Below are positions 9,866 to 19,228 of a stretch of 26,665 nucleotides of DNA, piece by piece. The notes beneath the pieces were generated by a model, which worked only from the letters and a program-made list of their open reading frames with translations, had not been told where the DNA came from and searched no databases. How positions within the stretch are numbered: the stretch's first letter is position 1; the number at the start of each line of letters is the position of its first letter. The translations under genes were made by a program, and so were the position numbers. The DNA is from Macrostomum lignano. Its lineage: Eukaryota. The stretch lies in the NCBI GenBank assembly GCA_002269645.1, contig NIVC01002489.1:1-26665 (forward strand). The letters run 5' to 3'.

Positions 9866-12684
9866 TCAGAGCGTGGTCACTTCCGGTTTGGGAGGCTGGT
9901 GCCCGGCCTTACCCTGGGGTGGGATTCCCCTGTTTCTTTCCCGACGCCTCATGGCATCCCAGAGGACATTGAGGACTGGGGTTCGGCCCGGAGCCCGAGG
10001 GGCTTCCGGCTCAATGTGGAAGCTGTGGAGCTTGGCTGCCCTCATCTTGAGCAGCCAAGCCACCCCCAGCTGCTTGACCCTGTCTGCGAGCATCGGCATA
10101 CCTGCCAGCTTGTGCAGGTATTCGATGCTGATGTAGGATGGCACACCATAGCAGATACGGAGAGCCAGGTTTTGGATTTTCTGCAATTTGATTTGGTTAG
10201 TCGCACAAATTTGGCTCAGGATTGGCGCTCCGTAGGTGAGAGCGCTTTCTCCGTATGCCCTGTACAGCATTCTGAGGGTGGTGCTACTCAGCTTAGTCAT
10301 TTTTGCAATTCTGCACAGTGACATTACAATGGCTCTGCTGGTATCTGCCATGTTGTCCACATGTTTGTTCAGGCAGAGGCTCTGGTCAAGGAGGACACCC
10401 AGGAATTTCACCTCCTGACAGTACGGAACCTCAGTGTCCCCCAGATACAGTTTGGGTCGCAAGTCCATGCGCCTAGTGGGTTTGTAGTTGAAAGCGATTG
10501 CTTTGCTTTTACCGGCATTCAGTCTAATGCCTTGTTTACCGCACCAGTCAAAGACTCGTCTGAGGTAGCTTTGAAGGGATGTTCGGAGCCCCGCAAAGGT
10601 GTCTGCTGAGGCCCAGACGGCCATGTCGTCTGCGAATTGACTGCGTTTGACGCTTGAGATGGTGGGAGTCGGCATTGAGCTGACGAAGAGGAGATACAGG
10701 AGAGGACTCAGAATGCCTCCCTGAGGGACGCCAGCCTGGATGGTGTGGGGATCGCTTAGGGCCCCCTCGATTCGAACCTGGATCTGTCTGTCTCGCAGGT
10801 AGTCAGACAGGATTCGCATGAGCATAGGTGGAAAACCATCGGTGAGCATGCTATGCCTGATCTTGTCGTGCCAGGTGGAGTCAAAAGCTGCCTCTGCATC
10901 CAGGAAGACTGCAGCGGACTTTTTAGCTTTGCACTTTGCTACCATGACATCTTGTGCCAGACGGCACAGGTTGTCATACGTGGAGTGAATTTTGCGGTAG
11001 GCGCATTGGTCATCTCCTAGGGTCTTATTATCCTCAAGGTGCTTGGTGAGTCTTTTTGCTATAAGCTTCTCAAACACTTTGCCCAGACATGAGGTCAGGC
11101 TGATTGGTCTGTAGGAGTTGGGGTGTTCGGGCGGTTTGTCCGGCTTGGGGATCATTGTCACCACAGCTTTCTTCCAGGCGCTGGGGAAAATCCCTCGACC
11201 GTAGCAGGCGTTGAAGAGGTTAGTGAGTCTCGTGATTGCCACCCCCTCTAAGCCCAGCTTGAGGACGCAGTTGGGAATCTTGTCCAGCCCGGGTGCTCCA
11301 TCAGGCCTGAGGTGCTCCAGTTCCCACACTGTGTCTGCCACAGAGAATGCAGCATCAAGTGGGTGGGTCTCAATGGGTTCGATTCCCTCAGGAACGGGGT
11401 AGAATGAGGTGAGCTGTGCCACATCGGCCACCTCACGTTTGAGCTGTTCGCATGTGGAAGGGACTGGGCGCATCTTTGAGTCCAGAGTCTCGGCTAGAAG
11501 GTTAGCCTTCTCCAGATCTGTGTGCGCAGTTGTTTGACCCAGGGTGAGGCTGGGGATCGAGGTTGGCTTAAATTTGCCCATCAGCTTTTTAGTGTCATGC
11601 CAGAAATTCTTCACTTTCTTGTTCTTGCTGTTTTCAACAATACTCTCACAGACTTTGGTGAGCTTTCCATTCTGGAAGGAGTTAATTTCTCTCTTTATGC
11701 GATTTGCGAGCTGGTTTGCTTGGGTTTTGAAATTTTGATCCCGTGTGCTGAAGAAGAGGCGTCTGAGTCGTCTGCGCTCTTTGATCAGGTCGAGGATGTA
11801 CTTGGGTAGGGCGTTTTTGGCACCACAGTCTGGTACTGTGGAGTCAATCACGGTGTGAATGGCCTTTGTGATGTGATCCACTTCGGCATTGATTTGGTCA
11901 GCATTTGATAATTTAATATTCTGATCTGAGCTCAAAGCTTCACTGATTTTGAGTCTGAACTCGTCCCAGTTTGTTTTTGAGAAGTTTTTGGGTCTGGGGG
12001 ACCAGCCCATTTCTTCGACTGAATATTGAGCGTGAGGATTATGGTAAGTGGTCACTGCCCAGGTCAGGACCCACCTCAAAGTCCTGCACAAATGGGAGAA
12101 AGTCCTCAGTGGCCAGGGCGAGGTCCAAGACATTCCTAGAAATCAGCCCGTTTTTGGTGGCCAGTCTGGTGAACTGACCGGCTTGATTGAGAATGGTGGC
12201 GAGGTGGGGCCCTCAGACAGCCAGTCGTGCAGCTGGTAGCCAGCCATGTTGTTGCTGCTGTCACCCCCGAGGAAGCGGTGTCTGGCATTGAGGTCACCCA
12301 TGAGCACACTGCGCCTACGGAGAGAAGATTTTTGAGTAGGTTCAGGTTCAGATGATACGGTGCTGGAGACCTGTACACCAGAGCAAGATTGAAGTCAGGA
12401 CCAGAGTTGTCAGACAAGCTCACGGTGCAAGAGATGGCTTCATGGTTGACATTGTCATACTGCAAGCGCACATTTGTGAGTTTGACGCGAGGAGAGTGGG
12501 CAAGGAGAAGCCCGCGTTTGACTTGCGGGGTATCATACCGAATGATGGAGTACCCGGGAATCTGGACAGTGTGACAACTTTTGAGAATGGTCTCAGAGAA
12601 GAGGGCAATGTCTAGCTCCTGACTGACGACCCACTGTGTCAGCTCTCTGATTTTCGGGTTGAATCCCCTGCAGTTTAAATGCAT
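9866..12684 (-). CDS. ORF2 of copy B: APE endonuclease + reverse transcriptase (~940 aa after correcting 4 single-base deletions)
   Basis: APE motifs HLNCRGF, DIALFSET, YRSP, MGDLNARH, LDLALA, SDHL. RT motifs YRPISLTSCLGKVFEK, AVFLDAEAAFDSTWH, GVPQGGILSPLLY, FADD, FLGVLLD. No RNase H or C-terminal CCHC recognised. Apparent frameshifts near 12320, 12200, 12045 and 12000. Confidence 0.95.
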
Positions 12685-12770
12685 AATCTTCAGGGCTGTG
12701 GTTTGATTGTTTGAGTCTACAGTTAACGCACTGAAGTTTCAATTCAAGTCTTGAGTTTAGCTGCCTGAGA

Positions 12771-15473
12771 CTAGGACTCAGTGGTCATGCCAGCCATGCC
12801 CGGCACTTCCTGGAGTGCAGCCCGCACAATGTCCTCAACCATTTTACTGGTTGATTCCACAGTGAGGACCTCCCCAGGCGGTCGGGACAGGGCCTGCACA
12901 ACCACTTGAGTCAGAGAGCGGGTGATCAGGGGCAACAGCATGCTCACCACCGACATAAAGTCACTAAGCTGCAGCTGCACCGCCTGGCCGGCATCAGCTG
13001 ACGGAGCAGTCGCATTGACATCAGACTCGGTCTCTGCCGCCGGAGCGCTCCTGGCATCATCGGTCACGATGACAAGCGGCCGGATCGCGGCGGGTACCGG
13101 CACCGTGCGCCTGCCTCGGCGGATCAGCCAGCCGCTGTCGGAGTCGTCGTCGGCGGCGGCGTCGTCGGTCTCACTTGACACTGGGGCAGCAGCGGCCGCA
13201 GCTTCCGCAGCTCGCGCCGCGGCTTTGGCCTCAGCAGCCGCTCTGGTCGCCTTGTCGTGCTCCGCCTTGGCGACGGTGCAGGCTCGACTGGTGGTTCGGT
13301 GCGAGCCGCCGCAGTTGGCGCAGACCGCTGGGCCCTCGTGCTGGCACTCCTTCCAGGAATGCTGGCCGCCGCAAATCCGGCAGCGCTGCTGCCCCCGACA
13401 CTGGCAGCGCGGTGGCCGAACTCCTGGCAGCGCTGGCATTGCAGAGCGCGGACCGGCTCGTCTGTGCGGCTGTCCTCGCAGTTGAACTTCAAGAAGTCGG
13501 TGCAGATGCCATCGCGGAGGCACTTCTCGTAGGTCATCGCCGACTTTGTGAAGATGCGCACGAACTGGGTTGCCTTCCCAGTCGCTCTGGCTCGGATTCT
13601 GTGGACGCTGACAATGTCCAGCTTGAGCGTGCGCGCAACAGGGTCGCGAAGTCAGCCTCCGAGAATGCGAGGGGCACCTCAGTAGCGACGAAGGTGCGTA
13701 CCGGCTGCTGCTGCACTCTGTCGGGCCCTGTTCTGTTGTCCAGCGGTCGGGCTCGGGCTGGACGGCGCTTTACGGGATGCTCGAGCAGCTTCTCCTCGCG
13801 CAGCGCGCCGCCCAGGAAGACGTTGTAGTCCCGCTCCGACGCTGGGAACACGAGATAGGCCGGCTGATTCGCCATCGGCGCAGTGTTGACGGCTCTAGCT
13901 TCGCCGGCAAAGTTGGTCTGCAGCCAGGCAACGAACTGCATCAGCTTGTTGGCCGCGTCCCGGTGCACCTCAAAAACGATCGGCGGGATGGCAGCCTGGG
14001 GCCTTCTGGGCGGCGCAGGGCGCGCCGCAACCTGCGCGTAGGGCCGCGCTGCCGCAGCCGCCTGCGCGCTTGTCGCCGAAGCCGCCGCCGCACCGGCCGG
14101 CCAGGAAGCCGCCGAAGCCGCCGCCGCACCGGACGCCGCGCCGCGACCTCCTCGCCTGCCTCGCTGGTGGCCGCCACGGCCGCGCCGACCCCGATCGCCT
14201 TCGCGGTCTCGCGTCGCCGTCGCCTGCCGCTCCTGGGGCCTGTCGTCGCCCCGGCCGCCCTGGTCGTCGTCGTGGCCGCCTTGGTCGTCGTCCCGACCGC
14301 CTTGGTCGTCGCCGAATGGGCCGCCGTTTAGCGGCTGGCTGTAGGTCGGGTCATCCGGCAGAGCTCGCTTGCGCCGCAGCTCCGGCTTGGTGACACGGAA
14401 TGTTAGCGAGATGCGGACGCCATTCTGAGAGTGGGCGGCGGGCACCTGGTGCTGCAGGCGTTTCTGGCAGTTTCCTGCCATCAGAATCAGCGAGCCTGGC
14501 AGCGTTGGAAAGCGGTGCGTCACGTTGCCGTCCCGACGGCGCAGCATGAACAGCCGCTCAGCACCGAAGGACACGGTCGCGATCGTCGGCCTGTCGCCGA
14601 GCTCATCCTCATCGTCCGAGTGCCAGGGAATCCGGTCTCCCGGCTCGGTGTAGAAGTTCACCAACACGGAGTTGAACTTCGGGACATCGAACTGGGTATC
14701 ATGGTAAATGAAGTCACGAATGTCTTCAATTACCTGATGCCAGTTAGATTTTCCTTCAGCTCAACCCCGCTGTAGGTGTACGACGGGCCGATCCAGTAGA
14801 CGCGGCGCTGCTCACTCGGACGATGCTGAAAGGCTTGAGGCAGCAGGTCGGTGATCAGGCGCTCGTAGACTTGGTCCGCGACCTCGCTCAGGAACTTGGG
14901 CGCATAGATGATGGTGCTGTCGCTAGCGTAGATCGTCTGCTGACAGTCAGTCAAGTCAGGCTCATCAGGGAAGATGATTTGACTGATGTCAGCGTCCAGT
15001 TGCTCGGCAGGGGGCTTTGGCAGCGTCGAGGCCTGGTCTGCAGCCGATTGCTGGCGCTCCTCAGACGTCGGCGCTGCCGCTGCCGCACTGAGCTCGCTGG
15101 ACTCGGCAGTTGGTGGCTCGGTGGTTGCTGCGGCCTCGTTGGATGGCAGGGCGCTTGTCTGGCCTGGCTCGTCGCAGTCGAGAGACATGCGCTGCTCTGC
15201 CTCTGCGCCTGCAGCCTCCGGCAGCTGCTCATTCTCTCGCAGGATCTCCTCTGCGTTGCGCAAGAGCTCGCCGGCCGGTGGGCTGATCGAGTGGCGGCCT
15301 TCCAGACTGCGTCGAGCTCGCATCTGGCCTGCTGGCGGCGGGCTCGCAGTCAATGGCTCAGCTGTCGGCGTCAGTCCAAGAAGCTGGCGACCGTAGGCTT
15401 CGTTCGGACGATACCGGTGCTCGAGAGAGGGCCGGCAGTCCATCTTTTTAGCGCTGGCGCGATTTGCAGCCAT
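12771..15473 (-). CDS. ORF1 of copy B (~900 aa): acidic low-complexity N-terminus, AlkB dioxygenase (~14395..14936), G/A/D/R-rich linker, gag-like region with three zinc knuckles
   Basis: Starts MAANRASAKKM. AlkB core FNSVLVNFY..PGDRIPWHSDDEDELG..PTIATVSFGAER...GSLILMAG..Q...HQVP....RISLTFR. Knuckles CQRCQEFGHRAAQC, CRICGGQHSWKEC, CANCGGSHRTTSRAC. Single-base deletions at different places in B and C complement each other to give one frame. Confidence 0.92.
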
Positions 15474-15692
15474 ATGGCGTGATTATTTGGGTGCACTCAC
15501 ACTAAACTAAACTAGACAACTACTAATGAGTCAGGAGGCACACAAAGTGCGCTCGCTGAGAGGGGTGGGGCGACTGCAAGATAAGACTAGGGGTGGGGTA
15601 GAGATAAAAACAAATGTACAGTGGAATGGAAGGCTAACTAAAGTACTTTTAAGAGCTAAGCTAGGCTAGTCTAAACTATTCTATTTCTAATA

Positions 15693-15760
15693 AGCCTTTC
15701 TAGGAAAGGCCTGCAAAAACTAGAGAATTCTCCTAAGAGTATCCCTCCACGGAAATCTTT
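15693..15760 (-). ncRNA. U5: Element-borne variant U5 3' half at the 5' end of copy B (now separated from a U5 5' half by copy C)
   Basis: Identical to 23091..23158: AAAGATTTCCGTGGAGGGATACTCTTAGGAGAATTCTCTAGTTTTTGCAGGCCTTTCCTAGAAAGGCT. Confidence 0.85.
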
Positions 15761-16317
15761 GTTGTTAAAACGAGGTGCCGTCGAAACCGGCGCGGGTCAG
15801 TTCCGAAGAACTCTGCCGCAGTTATATTTTGTATTTGATCGAAAGAATTAAAAATATTTACAAGATTTCGATTTGAATATTTAATACGAATATTGAAATT
15901 AAAAATATACATATATAAAACTATTTTTCAATATTTTGCAGTATTTTGCACGCATTTGGGGATAAAAAAGAGGGGAGGGAAATCCCACACAAAGAAGGGA
16001 TCTAATAAAAACAGGACATCTAAAAAATACGTGCTAGATATTTGAAGGCCTATTGAGAGTAAAAGCAAGACATTTAAGTAAAAAAATAGAGATTAAAATG
16101 CAATAGCGCATATTTGAATTTAGTTGTAAAAATAGAATGAATATAGTAAAGGTGTAAAAAAGCAATTAGTGATATTTGTAGAGCAGTTGGGTAAAAAACA
16201 CAGTTGGGAAAATTGTAAAAAGAAACGCGAGGAGACATAGAGATTACCTAATCAGTCCTAATGACTGATCAACCGATCTCTGTCTCAGGCAGCAAGTTTA
16301 GTTTTATTAGTTGCGTT

Positions 16318-19135
16318 TCAGAGCGTGGTCACTTCCGGTTTGGAAGGCTGGTAGCCAGCCTAACCCTGGGGTGGGAATCCCCTGTTTCTTTCCCGACGCC
16401 TCATGGCATCCCAGAGGACATTGAGGACAGGGGTTCGGCCCGGAGCCCGAGGGGCTTCCGGCTCAATGTGGAAGCTGTGGAGCTTGGCTGCCCTCATCTT
16501 GAGCAGCCAAGCCACCCCCAGCTGCTTGACCCTGTCTGCGAGCATCGGCATACCTGCCAGCTTGTGCAGGTATTCAATGCTGATGTAGGATGGCACACCA
16601 TAGCAGATACGGAGAGCCAGGTTTTGAATTTTCTGCAATTTGATTTGGTTAGTCGCACAGATTTGGCTCAGGATTGGCGCTCCGTAGGTGAGAGCGCTTT
16701 CTCCGTATGCCCTGTACAGCATTCTGAGGGTGGTGCTACTCAGCTTAGTCATTTTTGCAATTCTGCACAGTGACATTACAATGGCTCTGCTGGTATCTGC
16801 CATGTTGTCCACATGTTTGTTCAGGCAGAGGCTCTGGTCAAGGAGGACACCCAGGAATTTCACCTCCTGACAGTACGGAACCTCAGTGTCCCCCAGATAC
16901 AGTTTGGGTCGCAAGTCCATGCGCCTAGTGGGTTTGTAGTTGAAAGCGATTGCTTTGCTTTTACCGGCATTCAGTCTAATGCCTTGTTTACCGCACCAGT
17001 CAAAGACTCGTCTGAGGTAGCTTTGAAGGGATGTTCGGAGCCCCGCAAAGGTGTCTGCTGAGGCCCAGACGGCCATGTCGTCTGCGAATTGACTGCGTTT
17101 GACGCTTGAGATGGTGGGAGTCGGCATTGAGCTGACGAAGAGGAGGTACAGGAGAGGGCTCAGAATGCCTCCCTGAGGGACGCCAGCCTGGATGGTGTGG
17201 GGATCGCTTAGGGCCCCCTCGATTCGAACCTGGATCTGTCTGTCTCGCAGGTAGTCAGACAGGATTCGCATGAGCATAGGTGGAAAACCATCGGTGAGCA
17301 TGCTATGCCTGATCTTGTCGTGCCAGGTGGAGTCAAAAGCTGCCTCTGCATCCAGGAAGACTGCAGCGGACTTTTTAGCTTTGCACTTTGCTACCATGAC
17401 ATCTTGTGCCAGACGGCACAGGTTGTCATACGTGGAGTGAATTTTGCGGTAGGCGCATTGGTCATCTCCTAGGGTCTTATTATCCTCAAGGTGCTTGGTG
17501 AGTCTTTTTGCTATAAGCTTCTCAAACACTTTGCCCAGACATGAGGTCAGGCTGATTGGTCTGTAGGAGTTGGGGTGTTCGGGCGGTTTGTCCGGCTTGG
17601 GGATCATTGTCACCACAGCTTTCTTCCAGGCGCTGGGGAAAATCCCTCGACCGTAGCAGGCGTTGAAGAGGTTAGTGAGTCTCGTGATTGCCACCCCCTC
17701 TAAGCCCAGCTTGAGGACGCAGTTGGGAATCTTGTCCAGCCCGGGTGCTCCATCAGGCCTGAGGTGCTCCAGTTCCCACACTGTGTCTGCCACAGAGAAT
17801 GCAGCATCAAGTGGGTGGGTCTCGATGGGTTCGATTCCCTCAGGAACGGGGTAGAATGAGGTGAGCTGTGCCACATCGGCCACCTCACGTTTGAGCTGTT
17901 CGCATGTGGAAGGGACTGGGCGCATCTTTGAGTCCAGAGTCTCGGCTAGAAGGTTAGCCTTCTCCAGATCTGTGTGCGCAGTTGTTTGACCCAGGGTGAG
18001 GCTGGGGATGAGGTTGGCTTAAATTTGCCCATCAGCTTTTTAGTGTCATGCCAGAAATTCTTCACTTTCTTGTTCTTGCTGTTTTCAACAATACTCTCAC
18101 AGACTTTGGTGAGCTTTCCATTCTGGAAGGAGTTAATTTCTCTCTTTATGCGATTTGCGAGCTGGTTTGCTTGGGTTTTGAAATTTTGATCCCGTGTGCT
18201 GAAGAAGAGGCGTCTGAGTCGTCTGCGCTCTTTGATCAGGTCGAGGATGTACTTGGGTAGGGCGTTTTTGGCACCACAGTCTGGTACTGTGGAGTCAATC
18301 ACGGTGTGAATGGCCTTTGTGATGTGATCCACTTCGGCATTGATTTGGTCAGCATTTGATAATTTAATATTCTGATCTGAGCTCAAAGCTTCACTGATTT
18401 TGAGTCTGAACTCGTCCCAGTTTGTTTTTGAGAAGTTTTTGGGTCTGGGGGACCAGCCCATTTCTTCGACTGAATATTGAGCGTGAGGATTATAGGTAAG
18501 TGGTCACTGCCCAGGTCAGGACCCACCTCAAAGTCCTGCACAAATGGGAGAAAGTCCTCAGTGGCCAGGGCGAGGTCCAAGACATTCCTAGAAATCAGCC
18601 CGTTTTTGGTGGCCAGTCTGGTGAACTGACCGGCTTGATTGAGAATGGTGGGCGAGGTGGGGCCCTCAGACAGCCAGTCGTGCAGCTGGTAGCCAGCCAT
18701 GTTGTTGCTGCTGTCACCCCGAGGAAGCGGTGTCTGGCATTGAGGTCACCCATGAGCACACTGCGCCTACGGAGAGAAGATTTTTGAGTAGGTTCAGGTT
18801 CAGATGATACGGTGCTGGAGACCTGTACACCAGAGCAGATTGAAGTCAGGACCAGAGTTGTCAGACAAGCTCACGGTGCAAGAGATGGCTTCATGGTTGA
18901 CATTGTCATACTGCAAGCGCACATTTGTGAGTTTGACGCGAGGAGAGTGGGCAAGGAGAAGCCCGCGTTTGACTTGCGGGGTATCATACCGAATGATGGA
19001 GTACCCGGGAATCTGGACAGTGTGACAACTTTTGAGAATGGTCTCAGAGAAGAGGGCAATGTCTAGCTCCTGACTGACGACCCACTGTGTCAGCTCTCTG
19101 ATTTTCGGGTTGAATCCCCTGCAGTTTAAATGCAT
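16318..19135 (-). CDS. ORF2 of copy C: APE + RT; a TAG at 16360..16362 ends it 14 codons earlier than in B
   Basis: Same motifs as B ORF2 in frame pieces 18800..19135, 18383..18700, 17946..18461 and 16360..17925. GGT TAG here versus GGT AAG in B. Confidence 0.93.
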
Positions 19136-19228
19136 AATCTTCAGGGCTGTGGTTTGATTGTTTGAGTCTACAGTTAACGCACTGAAGTTTCAATTCAAGT
19201 CTTGAGTTTAGCTGCCTGAGACTAGGAC

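Larger units (their letters stand above)
9309..15760 (-). mobile_element. LINE copy B, full length (~6.45 kb), U5 snRNA-inserted, AlkB-bearing
   Basis: U5-like head (15693..15760), 5' UTR, ORF1 (ATG 15473), 86-nt spacer, ORF2 (ATG 12684, stop 9866..9868), 557-nt AT-rich 3' UTR ending TTTTAACAAC joined directly to U5 sequence. Confidence 0.96.

Noticed and set aside
9809-10321. Plus-strand 170-aa ORF repeated at 16261..16773, and other plus-strand ORFs over the LINEs
   Set aside because: Antisense shadows of ORF1/ORF2, repeated only because the element is repeated; no recognisable motifs.
12136-12684. Programmed ribosomal frameshifting in ORF1/ORF2
   Set aside because: No canonical X XXY YYZ slippery site at the breaks; most breaks are copy-specific single-base deletions, often in short runs, typical of long-read error.
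14395-14936. Bacterial contamination or a free-standing host alkB gene
   Set aside because: The domain is in frame within ORF1 in three element copies embedded in eukaryotic repeats and a U5 gene.
15474-16317. LTRs or an LTR retrotransposon (UTR blocks repeated at 9309..9865 and 22826..23158)
   Set aside because: The repetition is explained by head-to-tail LINE copies; no TG...CA ends, PBS, protease or integrase.
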